DNA of 64,000 nt, taken from NCBI GenBank assembly GCA_963709345.1, contig CAVPVX010000007.1:192001-256000 (forward strand). The letters run 5' to 3'. Made by a program: the position numbers and the translations under genes. Each line of letters starts with the position of its first letter. Within the stretch, counting starts at the first letter, position 1. Shown piece by piece: positions 39,259 through 48,771 of the stretch. Below the pieces are notes generated by a model, which saw nothing but the letters and a program-made list of their open reading frames with translations, was not told the DNA's origin and ran no database searches. Source of the stretch: an uncultured Actinomycetes bacterium (lineage in GTDB: Bacteria; Actinomycetota; Thermoleophilia; UBA2241).

Positions 39259-39678
39259 TCAGGCTCCGAGAAGCCGATCGAAGGCGAAGAGCGCAGCGGC
39301 GACGGCCTCACGATCGATCGTGTAGAAGGTCCACTTGCCGCGCACCTCGGCGCGCATCAGGCCGGCGTCGCGCAACACCTTCAGGTGATACGACACCTTG
39401 GATTGCGCCAAGCCGAACTGCTCCTGGAACTCGCAGACGCAGATGCCCCGAGGCTGCCCGGCTCCCGGAACGCCGCGAGACGCGGGGTCGGGCAGCTCGC
39501 AGCAGCTTCTCCCCTGTTCAACGACGTCGAGCATCTCGAGCCGGATCGGATCGGAGAGCGCCTTCGCCACGAGGGCCAGCCGCGCCAGGTCGCGCTGGCC
39601 GAATCGCGCGCGGCACGACGACGGAGGGTCGCTCGTCCGCCCGTGTCGCGCGTCCCTGATCCCCGCCTGAGCACTCAT
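39259..39678 (-). CDS. arsR: ArsR/SmtB-family regulator
   Basis: KALSDPIRL, ICVCEF, QSKVSYHLKVLRDAGL; divergent from arsM. Confidence 0.88.
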   Translation of the reverse strand: MSAQAGIRDARHGRTSDPPSSCRARFGQRDLARLALVAKALSDPIRLEMLDVVEQGRSCCELPDPASRGVPGAGQPRGICVCEFQEQFGLAQSKVSYHLKVLRDAGLMRAEVRGKWTFYTIDREAVAAALFAFDRLLGA

Positions 39679-39714
39679 GGCCGCGATCGTACCACAGCTT
39701 TTCTTGATTTGGGG

Positions 39715-39766
39715 TTGACCGCAGTCCCTGCCGCCGTATGATAGTAACGAAACAAGTTGATTTGAC
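39715..39766 (+). promoter_or_regulatory. arsM promoter (TTGACC-N16-TATGAT) and ArsR-like operator AACAA-N6-TTGAC
   Basis: Read from the sequence; a similar box lies at 42690-42705. Confidence 0.55.
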
Positions 39767-39782
39767 GAAGCGAGAGGACGAC

Positions 39783-40634
39783 ATGAGCGAACGACCGGCC
39801 GAGGGCCTCAAGGATCAGATCCGCAACCACTACGCGGAGCGCGCCGTCGCGGCTGCGCAGCCACAGCCGTGCGGGTGCGGCTGCAGCTGCGGCCCCGCCG
39901 CCGTCGAGCCGCGGGAGGATATCGCGCGGGGACTCTACGCGATCGACGAGACCAGCGCGCTGCCGGCCGAGGCGGTCCTCGCCAGCCTCGGCTGTGGCAA
40001 CCCGACGTCGCTCGCCGACCTGCAGCCCGGCGACGTCGTCCTCGACCTCGGCAGCGGCGGCGGCATCGACGTGTTGCTCTCGGCCCGGCGCGTCGGCCCC
40101 ACCGGCAAGGCCTACGGGCTCGACATGACCGACGAGATGCTCGCGTTGGCTCGTGAGAACCGGCGCAAGGCCGGCGTGGACAACGTCGAGTTCCTCAGGG
40201 GCGACATCGAGAACATCCCGCTCCCCGATGCTTCGGTCGACGTCATCATCAGCAACTGCGTCATCAACCTCTCGCTCGACAAAGACCGGGTGTTGGCCGA
40301 AGCCTTTCGGGTTCTCAAGCCCGGCGGGCGCTTCGCGGTCAGCGACATCCTCTTCCAGGGCGACGTAGGCAGGATCCCACAGAGTCTGCTCGACGATACG
40401 GAAGCGTGGGCCGGATGTGTCGCCGGCGCGCTCGAGGAAGAGGACTTCCTGGCGCGCCTCGGCACGGCGGGGTTCGTCGACGCCGGCGTCGAGGTCACCG
40501 CCATCTACGACGGCTCACCTGACAACAGCGTCTGCGGCGCGCCGGCGCTCCCGGACGGCGTCCGGCTGATCAGCGGCTTCGTGCGCGCCGTGAAGCCGAG
40601 CGCCGGCGGCTGCTGCGGCGGCTGCTGCTGCTGA
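39783..40634 (+). CDS. arsM: Arsenite S-adenosylmethyltransferase
   Basis: [38 protein letters not shown]. Confidence 0.92.
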   Translation: MSERPAEGLKDQIRNHYAERAVAAAQPQPCGCGCSCGPAAVEPREDIARGLYAIDETSALPAEAVLASLGCGNPTSLADLQPGDVVLDLGSGGGIDVLLSARRVGPTGKAYGLDMTDEMLALARENRRKAGVDNVEFLRGDIENIPLPDASVDVIISNCVINLSLDKDRVLAEAFRVLKPGGRFAVSDILFQGDVGRIPQSLLDDTEAWAGCVAGALEEEDFLARLGTAGFVDAGVEVTAIYDGSPDNSVCGAPALPDGVRLISGFVRAVKPSAGGCCGGCCC

Positions 40635-40676
40635 AGCGGCGCGCGACACCCGGCCACACGCAATCGGACGTCCACC

Positions 40677-41876
40677 TCAGAGAACGAGGTTGAACAGCAG
40701 GCCGACGAACATGATGCCGACCCCGACGACGCCCAGGAACGTGGCGATGAGCGGCCACTTCAGAACCTTGCGCAGGATGATCGTCTCGGGCAGCGAGAGC
40801 GCGATGACCGCCATCATGAAGGCCAGGACGGTGCCCAGAGCGGCGCCTTTCTCGAGCAGCGCCTGGACGATCGGGATGATGCCCGCGGCGTTGGAGTACA
40901 TGGGGATGCCGAAAAGGACCGCCGCCGGCACGCTCCACCAGGCGTCGGCTCCCATGATCCCGGCCATGAAGTTCTCAGGCACGTAGCCGTGGATGACGGC
41001 GCCGACGGCGATGCCGGCGAGCACGTACGGCCACACCTTGCCGACGATGTCCTTCACCGACTGCCATGCGTAGGCAATGCGCCCCGACCAGTCGAGCTCC
41101 TCGCCGTCCTCGGCATCGCCCATGCGGATCTCGCGCACCCAATCCTCAACGTAGCGATCCATCTTGAGCCGGCCGATGATCCAGCCCGCAACGATTGCGA
41201 TGAGCAGGCCCGTGACGAGATACAGGCCGGCCACCTCCCAGCCGAACAGGCCGTAGAGCAGCACCAGCGCGACCTCGTTGACCATCGGCGCGGCGATCAG
41301 GAATGAGAAGGTGACGCCCAGCGGGATGCCCGCCTCGACGAAGCCGATGAACAACGGCACGGCGGAGCAACTGCAGAACGGGGTCACCGTACCGAGGCCC
41401 GCGGCCATCACGTTCCCCGTGGTCTCCCGACGGCCGTGGAGCAGGGCGCGGGTCCGCTGCGGGCTGAAGAACGTGCGCACGATCCCGACGCCGAAGACGA
41501 CGATGGTCAGCAGCATCAGCACCTTGACGGTGTCGTAGATGAAGAACTCGAGCGAAGACCCGAAGCGACCGTCGCCCAGATCGAGGAGGCCCTGCGTGAG
41601 CCACGTGGCGATCGGCAGCCAGTAGTGGTACGAGACCGCCCACGCGCCGACGCCGAGCACGACCCTCGTCCACAGCGGGAGACGCAGCCAGAGACGCACG
41701 AGCACCTTGTGCGGCGCGCGGCTGGGCGGCGCGCCGGGAGCCGGGGATGGAGTGGCCTCCGGCTCCGCGACGAAGGCGGCCGGCGGGGTGCCGCACTCAC
41801 ACATGGGCACGACGCGCTGCGCCTCCGGGTCCTCCTCGGCCGCGGAAGGCACAGCGTCGATCGTCTGCCGGGTCAT
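40677..41876 (-). CDS. arsP: ArsP/DUF318 permease
   Basis: TPFCSCSAVP, APMVNE, GIPMYSNA, ALSLPE. Confidence 0.85.
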   Translation of the reverse strand: MTRQTIDAVPSAAEEDPEAQRVVPMCECGTPPAAFVAEPEATPSPAPGAPPSRAPHKVLVRLWLRLPLWTRVVLGVGAWAVSYHYWLPIATWLTQGLLDLGDGRFGSSLEFFIYDTVKVLMLLTIVVFGVGIVRTFFSPQRTRALLHGRRETTGNVMAAGLGTVTPFCSCSAVPLFIGFVEAGIPLGVTFSFLIAAPMVNEVALVLLYGLFGWEVAGLYLVTGLLIAIVAGWIIGRLKMDRYVEDWVREIRMGDAEDGEELDWSGRIAYAWQSVKDIVGKVWPYVLAGIAVGAVIHGYVPENFMAGIMGADAWWSVPAAVLFGIPMYSNAAGIIPIVQALLEKGAALGTVLAFMMAVIALSLPETIILRKVLKWPLIATFLGVVGVGIMFVGLLFNLVL

Positions 41877-41883
41877 GAGCGAT

Positions 41884-42633
41884 TCATCCTTCCCGAGCGT
41901 CCGCCGGCGCGGCGAAGCTGGTGATCAGTGGTGTCTGCGCAAGCCCGTCCAGGAGACGATCGTAGTCGTAGGGGACGCGCACGAACTCGACGAGGCCCTC
42001 ACCTGCGCCGAGCCCGGCCGGATCGACGATCGCGTAGCACGCCCGCCAGTCGCCATCCTTGGGCCGCCCCCCGCTCCCCACGTTCACGAACGTCGTGTCG
42101 CCGACTCGCCGCGCGTAGGGCAGGTGCGTGTGTCCGAAGAGGATGGCCGGATACGGGTACTCGCGCGCCATGCGCTCCATCGCCGAAGCGGGTCTGTCCT
42201 CGAACAGGTACTCGTTGATGCGTCGCGGGCTGCCGTGCACGGCGAGGATGTCACCGCCGGGCGTGACAAGCGTGAAGTGATCGTCGAGCGTGCGCAGATA
42301 TGACTTGACCTCGTCGGACACGGCCGTCTGGGTCCAGGCGAGCGACGCGGCGCCCTCGGCGCGCTGCTCGTCGGTCTTGTAGACGCAGCCGCAGTCGCCG
42401 GTCTCGAAGCCGATGCCTTGGTCGTAGTTGCCCATGAGGCTGGGTATGCCGCGGTCGCGCACGAGCAGAGCGACCTCGTTCGGCCAGGGCCCGTAGCCGA
42501 CCAGGTCGCCGAGAGAGAGCGCCAGACCCAGGTGGCGGGCCTCGACGTCCGCCAGGATCGCCTCGAGGCCCGGCAGATTGCCGTGCACGTCGGCGAACAC
42601 CGCAAACGGCTCGGCGGTCCGGATGGTCTTCAC
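41884..42633 (-). CDS. Metallophosphoesterase (YfcE-like) in the ars cluster
   Basis: ADVHGN, GDLVGYG, GNYD, HGSP, FGHTH, NVGS. Confidence 0.88.
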   Translation of the reverse strand: MKTIRTAEPFAVFADVHGNLPGLEAILADVEARHLGLALSLGDLVGYGPWPNEVALLVRDRGIPSLMGNYDQGIGFETGDCGCVYKTDEQRAEGAASLAWTQTAVSDEVKSYLRTLDDHFTLVTPGGDILAVHGSPRRINEYLFEDRPASAMERMAREYPYPAILFGHTHLPYARRVGDTTFVNVGSGGRPKDGDWRACYAIVDPAGLGAGEGLVEFVRVPYDYDRLLDGLAQTPLITSFAAPADAREG

Positions 42634-42689
42634 GCGGTGGCTCCTCCCTGAGGTTCTGGTCACGGGCGACGGCATGTCATACAATTTAT

Positions 42690-42729
42690 ATCAACGTATC
42701 TTGACCATAAACGATTGTCAATGTACGGT
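42690..42729. promoter_or_regulatory. Overlapping divergent promoters (+: TTGACC-N17-TACGGT; -: TTGACA-N17-TACGTT) with ArsR-like box ATCAA-N6-TTGAC
   Basis: AT-rich island between the divergent ars operons. Confidence 0.65.
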
Positions 42730-42770
42730 GCGCCACGTCAGCCCACGCCGGCGCCAAGGAGACGACCTCG

Positions 42771-43886
42771 ATGCCCCGGAGCACTATCAAGCGACTCTCG
42801 TTCCTCGACCGGTACCTCACCGGCTGGATCTTCCTCGCCATGGCCGTGGGCGTGTTCCTCGGCTGGGCCTTCACCGGTGTGCCCGACTTCATCAACCAGT
42901 TCAACGTCGGCACGACGAACATCCCCATCGCCATCGGGCTCATCGTGATGATGTATCCGCCACTCGCCAAGGTGAAGTACGAGGAGCTCGGCGACGTCTT
43001 CCGCGACTACAGGATCCTGGGCCTCTCTCTGGTGCAGAACTGGCTCATCGGCCCGTTCCTGATGTTCTTCCTCGCCATCATCTTCCTGAGCGACTACCCC
43101 GAGTACATGGTAGGGCTCATCATGATCGGCCTGGCGCGCTGCATCGCCATGGTCATCGTCTGGAACCAGCTCGCCAGGGGCGACGCCGAGTACGCCGCCG
43201 GGCTGGTCGCCTTCAACAGCGTCTTCCAGGTGCTCTTCTACAGCCTCTTCGCCTGGATCTTCGTCACCAAGCTGCCGCCGCTCTTCGGCCTCGAGGGCGT
43301 CGCCGTCGACATCACCATCGGCCAGATCGCCGAGAGCGTCGCCATCTACCTCGGCATCCCGTTCGTCGCCGGGATGATCAGCCGGTATGTCGGCATCAAG
43401 ACGAAGGGTCGTGAGTGGTACGAGCAGAAGTTCATCCCGCGCATCAGCCCGCTCACACTCATCGCCCTGCTGTTCACCATCCTCGTCATGTTCAGCCTCA
43501 AGGGCGACCTCATCGTGGAGCTGCCTCTCGACGTCGTGCGCATCGCCGTGCCGCTGCTCATCTACTTCGTCGTCATGTTCTTCGTGAGCTTCTTCATGGG
43601 CCGCAAGATCGGCGCCGACTACTCCAAGACCGCGACCCTGTCCTTCACCGCCGCCAGCAACAACTTCGAGCTGGCGATCGCCGTGAGCGTGGCCGTGTTC
43701 GGGATCGGCTCGGGCGTCGCCTTCGCCGCGGTCATCGGGCCGCTCGTGGAAGTCCCAGTCCTGATCGGCCTCGTCAACGTGTCCCTGTGGCTGGGACGCA
43801 AGTACTGGGGCGTGACCGACGAACCCGTGCCGGAGGCCGTGGCCGCCGGCGTCGACGAGGTCGCCTGCGACCCCCGGAGGAGCTGA
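42771..43886 (+). CDS. acr3: Acr3-family arsenite efflux transporter
   Basis: [43 protein letters not shown]. Confidence 0.95.
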   Translation: MPRSTIKRLSFLDRYLTGWIFLAMAVGVFLGWAFTGVPDFINQFNVGTTNIPIAIGLIVMMYPPLAKVKYEELGDVFRDYRILGLSLVQNWLIGPFLMFFLAIIFLSDYPEYMVGLIMIGLARCIAMVIVWNQLARGDAEYAAGLVAFNSVFQVLFYSLFAWIFVTKLPPLFGLEGVAVDITIGQIAESVAIYLGIPFVAGMISRYVGIKTKGREWYEQKFIPRISPLTLIALLFTILVMFSLKGDLIVELPLDVVRIAVPLLIYFVVMFFVSFFMGRKIGADYSKTATLSFTAASNNFELAIAVSVAVFGIGSGVAFAAVIGPLVEVPVLIGLVNVSLWLGRKYWGVTDEPVPEAVAAGVDEVACDPRRS

Positions 43887-43887
43887 T

Positions 43888-44274
43888 ATGGACATCGCCA
43901 AGGACTCGCCGGACGCCGGGAGCATCACCGCCTTCGTCCCGTTCTTCAAGGCGATCGCCAACCCGACGCGCGCCCAGATCATCGAGTTCCTGCTGCGTGG
44001 CGAGCGCTGCGTCTGCGAGATGACCGGCCCGCTCGACCTCAGCCAGCCTCTCGTCTCGCACCACCTGGCGCTGCTTCGCGACGCCGGGCTGGTGCGCATG
44101 CGCAGCGAGGGCGCGCGCACCTACTACTCGCTCGAGTGGGAGACGTTTGACGAGGGTCTCAAGGCCTTTGTCGGCCACGTCGAACAGCTCCACGCCGCCC
44201 CACCGATCCCCAGCAACGCCGATGAGGCGTGCGCAGCCGCCGCGAAGAAGCCGGCGCGCCGCAACGCCTCGTGA
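43888..44274 (+). CDS. arsR: ArsR/SmtB-family regulator
   Basis: KAIANPTR, ERCVCEM, SQPLVSHHL. Confidence 0.9.
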   Translation: MDIAKDSPDAGSITAFVPFFKAIANPTRAQIIEFLLRGERCVCEMTGPLDLSQPLVSHHLALLRDAGLVRMRSEGARTYYSLEWETFDEGLKAFVGHVEQLHAAPPIPSNADEACAAAAKKPARRNAS

Positions 44275-44310
44275 CCCGCGACGACTGACAGTCGAACGAA
44301 GGAGATACCC

Positions 44311-44565
44311 GTGAAGCTCGAGATCCTCGGTTCCGGTTGCGCCAACTGCCAGAAGCTGATGGCGCTGACCGAAGAGGTCGTGCGCGAGCTCGGCGTCGCC
44401 GACGCCGAGCTCGTCAAGGTGGAGGACTTCCCCACCATCATGGCCTACGGCGTGATGGCGACACCCGCTCTGGCCATCGACGGCAAGCTCGTCATGAGCG
44501 GCAAGGTGCCGTCGAAGGCCGAGGTCACCGGGCTGGTCACCACGGCCCTGGCGGCACAGGGATGA
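44311..44565 (+). CDS. Small redox-active disulfide protein (thioredoxin-like)
   Basis: ILGSGCANC, YGVMATPAL; AAGGAG RBS. Confidence 0.9.
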   Translation: MKLEILGSGCANCQKLMALTEEVVRELGVADAELVKVEDFPTIMAYGVMATPALAIDGKLVMSGKVPSKAEVTGLVTTALAAQG

Positions 44566-44870
44566 CGAGAGCGCGGCGCACGCGCGGCCGGCGCGCCGGA
44601 GTCACGTTCGTTGAGCTCGGCTCGGACAAGTGCATCCCCTGCAGGGAGATGCGCCCCGTCATGGACGCCGTCCAGGCCACCTTCGGCGAACAGGTCGAGA
44701 TCGTCTTCCACGACGTCCGGGAGGATTCCACGCCGGCAGAGGAGTACGGGATCCAGATGATCCCGACCAGGTCTTTCTGGACGAGAGCGGCGAAGACCCG
44801 GATCGCGCGCTGGGTCCGCCGTGCGTGCGGGACTCTCGCCTTCCTCGCGGGAGTCTATCTCCTGCTTTCA
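44562..44870 (+). pseudogene. Truncated, frameshifted thioredoxin joined to a membrane-protein C-terminal remnant
   Basis: ELGSDKCIPC...YGIQMIPT, then QVFLDESG in a shifted frame, then WVRRACGTLAFLAGVYLLL (CcdA-like end; inference). Confidence 0.6.
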
Positions 44871-44910
44871 GAGGAGCGCGAGCCGGCGGCGCTCCCCCCG
44901 CCCCCGCTGC

Positions 44911-44937
44911 CGTTGTCGTCACCGGCGACAACGCTTT
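44911..44937 (+). terminator. Hairpin after the ars operon
   Basis: cgttgtcg-tcaccgg-cgacaacg followed by cttt. Confidence 0.4.
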
Positions 44938-44962
44938 AGCTTTCCCTCTCCGCGCCCGATAC
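44936..44962 (+). promoter_or_regulatory. Sigma28 (FliA/WhiG)-like promoter TTAGCTTT-N11-CCCGATAC upstream of the pilin
   Basis: Resembles TAAAGTTT-N11-GCCGATAA with exact spacing. Confidence 0.45.
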
Positions 44963-45069
44963 AGGTTGCGGACGCACGACCTAGACGAACCACCCAGTCG
45001 GGGGTCGCGCGTCCGCGGGCAGAGTAGGTCTGACGGCGGGCAGTCGTCAGCCGACCGGGGAGAGAGCAG

Positions 45070-45663
45070 ATGCGCAGCAGACGGGCAGACCAGCACGGTT
45101 TCGCGTTCATCGAGCTTCTCGTCGTGATCATCATCATCGGCATCCTCGCAGCCATCGCCATCCCCATGTACATCGGCGAGCGCGACAAGGCCAAGGAAGT
45201 CTCGCTCAAGGCCAGCAGCCACATCGTGGCGGTCGAGGTCGCCACCTGCCACACGAACAGCAGCCTCAGCAACATCTACCTCGCCAGCGGCGGGTCACCC
45301 ACCAAGGCAGCGTACATCGCACGAGCGAAGACGAACGTGAGCAACGCGCTTGAGGCCGCGCTCGAGAACGGCGTTCAGAGCAGCAATGGGGACAGCATCG
45401 TCAATCCCTACTCGCACAAGAAGGCGATCCTCAACTCGGCATCCATACCCTCAGCGGCGAACGCCGGGGCCGCGGTATGGATCACGGGCCAGAAGAGCAC
45501 AGGCACATACTGCTACAACAGATTCCCGACCAACAGCACGACGAAGGCCAGGCTGGCGGGCAGCGTCGTCGCCTGCGTGAACAGCGGAACCAGCAACATC
45601 GAGATCTTCTTCGTCGACAAGAACGGCAGGAAGTCCGCCGCCTGCACCTACATCAGATTCTGA
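45070..45663 (+). CDS. Type IV pilin / pseudopilin-like protein
   Basis: Prepilin cleavage motif QHG|FAFIELLVVIIIIGILAAIAIP (Glu5 present). Confidence 0.88.
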   Translation: MRSRRADQHGFAFIELLVVIIIIGILAAIAIPMYIGERDKAKEVSLKASSHIVAVEVATCHTNSSLSNIYLASGGSPTKAAYIARAKTNVSNALEAALENGVQSSNGDSIVNPYSHKKAILNSASIPSAANAGAAVWITGQKSTGTYCYNRFPTNSTTKARLAGSVVACVNSGTSNIEIFFVDKNGRKSAACTYIRF

Positions 45664-46286
45664 ACGGCGGCCGGCGGCGGCGCAGCCGCTCCGCCGGCCG
45701 GCGCCGCCGCGGCCTCCCGCCGGCTCAGCTCTTGCGGCGTGTACTCCTTACCGACGCTCCAGCACTTGGCCACCGGCTCGCCCAGCGACCAGTACTTCTT
45801 GCTCGACATGTCGAAGAGCAGCGGCTTGACCTTGGCGATGTCGACGATGCCGTTGGTGAGCACGTCGACGTCTGCCCAGGTGCCCACGACCTCGCCGACG
45901 AAGAGGTCGTGGGTCGGCATCGCGATGTGCTCGATGAGCTTGCACTCCATCGTGACCTTGCACTGCTCGATCATGGGAGCGTTCTCGAGCTCGCCGTAGA
46001 AGACGTCGAAGATCGCGCTCTTGTCCTCCTTGGTGCCGCTCACCATGCCGATGTGGTCGGTCACGGCGACCAGATCCTCCGAGGGCAGGCTCACACTGAA
46101 CGTCTTGTTGGCGATGATGCCCTTGTTGGTGAGGTGGATGTTGCCCATGCCGAGCGTGATGCCCTTGAGGTGAGCGATGCCGACGTGGGCGATGGTGGCG
46201 AAGTCCGCCTTGCCGTCGACGTCCGCGCCGATGATGGCGGTGACGAGCGGGTAGAGAACGTTGGTGGCGCCGAGCTTCTCCTTCAC
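45648..46286 (-). CDS. Flavin reductase-like (flavoredoxin) protein
   Basis: LYPLV, GMVSG, APMIEQC...MECKL, HDLFVGEV. Confidence 0.85.
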   Translation of the reverse strand: MKEKLGATNVLYPLVTAIIGADVDGKADFATIAHVGIAHLKGITLGMGNIHLTNKGIIANKTFSVSLPSEDLVAVTDHIGMVSGTKEDKSAIFDVFYGELENAPMIEQCKVTMECKLIEHIAMPTHDLFVGEVVGTWADVDVLTNGIVDIAKVKPLLFDMSSKKYWSLGEPVAKCWSVGKEYTPQELSRREAAAAPAGGAAAPPPAAVQNLM

Positions 46287-46434
46287 GGTGGCCTCTCTGG
46301 TCGCGGTGATCTGGTGCGTGACGGTTCCATACCCACGAGCAGGCCTGCGGTAATCGGGACCTCGTCGATGCGGGACGCACCGGCTCGCGACGCCCGCGGT
46401 TCACAGCGGCGCCGCGAGCCGTCATCATGGGTGC

Positions 46435-47544
46435 ATGCCGCCCACCTCGGAAACGACGGCGCGTCGCCGCAGGCGGCCGCGCCGGCGCCGCATCCCCGCC
46501 CTGTTTCTGATCGTGGTCGCCGGCGGGCTCACGATCGCTCTCGCGTTCGCCCTCGCCAGCGCCCTGGACGACGACCGCCCCCACGGACCGTACCTCATCG
46601 GCGGCTGGACTTTCGGCGATCGCGCATCCCTCGAACGAGCCATCGACGCCGGCGCGATCGACGAGGTGAGCGTCGACTGGCTGCAATCGCGCCCCGACGG
46701 CAGCGTCGTGGCGCCCAAGCTCGACACGGGCTTCATCGCCGAGGCGAAGCGGCGGGACTGCAGGGTCTTCGTGACGCTGACCGACTACGACGAGACGCGG
46801 CACACCTTCGACGCGGCGATCTCCGCCGCGATCCTCAAGACCGCGGAGTCGCGGCGGCGCCACGCCGCCGCCGTCGCCGCGTGGTGCCGCGAGTACGACG
46901 TAGCCGGCGTCGACATCGACTGGGAGGCGCTGAAGGCCTCCCAGCGCAATGCCTTCTCGGCCTTCGTCGAGGCGCTGGCGCGACGGCTGCACGACGACAA
47001 GCGCCTCATCGCCGTCGACGTCTACCCCAAGGTCCGCGAGCCCGGCGGATGGGACGGGCCGCGGTCGCAGGACTGGAAGCGCCTCGGCAGGGCGGTCGAC
47101 CAGTTCCGCATCATGACCTACAACTACTCGGGCTCCTGGTCGGGTCCGGGGCCGCTCTCGCCCCCGGACTGGATGCACCGGGTGCTCGCCTTCGCCGAGA
47201 CGCTGGTGCCGCCACGGCGCATCGTCATGGGCCTGGGCTTCTACGGCCGCGACTGGGTCGGTGACACGACAAGCGACCTCGTGTGGGGCGACGTGAGGGC
47301 CATCCGCGCCGCTCGCGATCCACTCCAGACCCGCACGGATTCGGGGGAGCTCCGCCTCGACTACCGGCGCGACGGCGACCGGCACATCGCGTACTTCCCC
47401 GACGCCGTCGCGATCGACGCCAAGCTAAGGATGCTTCTCGAGAAGCACCCGCAGGTACTCGGCGTCTACGCCTGGCACATGGGCCAGGAGGATCCCGCCG
47501 TCTGGCGCGTGCTCAAGGAGTCACTCCACACTCGCGTTCCGTAG
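46435..47544 (+). CDS. GH18-family glycoside hydrolase with N-terminal membrane anchor
   Basis: AGVDIDWE (DxDxE), IMTYN, MGLGFYG, AWHMGQED. Confidence 0.85.
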   Translation: MPPTSETTARRRRRPRRRRIPALFLIVVAGGLTIALAFALASALDDDRPHGPYLIGGWTFGDRASLERAIDAGAIDEVSVDWLQSRPDGSVVAPKLDTGFIAEAKRRDCRVFVTLTDYDETRHTFDAAISAAILKTAESRRRHAAAVAAWCREYDVAGVDIDWEALKASQRNAFSAFVEALARRLHDDKRLIAVDVYPKVREPGGWDGPRSQDWKRLGRAVDQFRIMTYNYSGSWSGPGPLSPPDWMHRVLAFAETLVPPRRIVMGLGFYGRDWVGDTTSDLVWGDVRAIRAARDPLQTRTDSGELRLDYRRDGDRHIAYFPDAVAIDAKLRMLLEKHPQVLGVYAWHMGQEDPAVWRVLKESLHTRVP

Positions 47545-47594
47545 AGCGCCCCAGGCATCTGCCGGTGGCTCCCACCCACGCGTCTCGCCATACA

Positions 47595-47633
47595 CCGGGG
47601 CTCCGGTGCGGTCTGTCCGCACCGGAGCCCCGG
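47595..47633. terminator. Bidirectional hairpin between convergent genes
   Basis: ccggggctccggtgcgg-tctgt-ccgcaccggagccccgg, perfect 17-bp stem. Confidence 0.65.
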
Positions 47634-47660
47634 AAGGTGACGCGTCGTGCCGGAGCCGGA

Positions 47661-48188
47661 TTACGGGACCAGCACGGTGTCGATCACGTGGATGACGCCG
47701 TTGGAGGTCTCGATGTCGGCGGTAACGACCTTGGCGCCGTTGACCATCACGGTCCCGTCGTCCTCGATCGTGATCTTGAGCGACTCGCCATTGACGGTCT
47801 CCGCCATCATGCCGTCACTCAGATCGGTCGACAGTACCTTGCCGGGCACGACGTGATAGGTGAGCACGTCGGTCAGGGCGCCGCTGGGATCCGCGAACAG
47901 CGCGTCCAGCGTCTCCTGAGGCACCGCCGCGAAGGCTTCGTCCGTCGGGGCGAACACGGTGAACGGGCCTTCGCCCCTCAGAGTCTCCTCGAGACCCGCA
48001 GCCTGGACGGCGCTCACGAGGCTCGTGAACGATCCGGCCTCGACGGCGGTATCGACGATGTCCTTCTGAGCCATCGTCGGTTCCGGGGTGGGCGACGCGG
48101 CTTCCTCTTCCGTACTGCCGCACGCGACGATGATGAACGGCACCGTCAGTACGGCGACCACGGCCAGTACGAGCGACCAGCGTTTCAT
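47661..48188 (-). CDS. Fasciclin-domain lipoprotein
   Basis: Lipobox IVAC; [36 protein letters not shown]. Confidence 0.92.
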   Translation of the reverse strand: MKRWSLVLAVVAVLTVPFIIVACGSTEEEAASPTPEPTMAQKDIVDTAVEAGSFTSLVSAVQAAGLEETLRGEGPFTVFAPTDEAFAAVPQETLDALFADPSGALTDVLTYHVVPGKVLSTDLSDGMMAETVNGESLKITIEDDGTVMVNGAKVVTADIETSNGVIHVIDTVLVP

Positions 48189-48690
48189 TGGTACCTCCCA
48201 AGCTTTGCTGTGGCTCACCGGCACTCTGACGGCCGGGGCCCCTCTGACGGAGCCGGAAGCGTTCTGGTGGAACCGCTCCGGACAATACGCCTGGAGGTAT
48301 TCTGCCCTACTTCATAGAAAAGTAATCACTTCTATAGAGTAACTCTCTAGATACGCCTAATCGGGCGTCTTCGCCCCGCATTGCGCGCTCCGCACGCGAA
48401 CTCGGTCCTCAGCCCGCGACCGCGACTGCGGCAGGTGGGAGACGCTGCGGACGACGAGCCCGGAGGGAGCGCCGGCCGGCGAGCAGACGCCCGCCGGCCG
48501 GCCGACACGACTGCCGCGCGGCGGACGCCGCGCGGCGTCCGCCGGGCGCCTGAGCAAGCTCCCGGCGGGAGGCCGGCGGACCCTCGGCGCAGCGCGGCCG
48601 AACTGCGGGAAGCCGGACCACAGTCGCTTGGACTCCTATCGCGCTACAAGGCGGAAGAATGAGCACTATCTTTCGTCAGGTCTGAAGACG

Positions 48691-48734
48691 ACGACGCGGA
48701 CCGGCGGCGCCGTCGCGCCGCCGGTCCGCGTCGT
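48691..48734 (-). terminator. 20-bp perfect hairpin downstream of the 48772 gene
   Basis: acgacgcggaccggcggcgc-cgtc-gcgccgccggtccgcgtcgt. Confidence 0.6.
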
Positions 48735-48771
48735 TCACTCGGTTCTGCTGAGGCGGCCCTTGCGAGACCCG

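Noticed and set aside
44963-45069. Possible c-di-GMP-I (GEMM) riboswitch before the pilin
   Set aside because: Two hairpins are present, but the GNRA tetraloop and GCAAA junction motifs are not; kept only as a structured leader.
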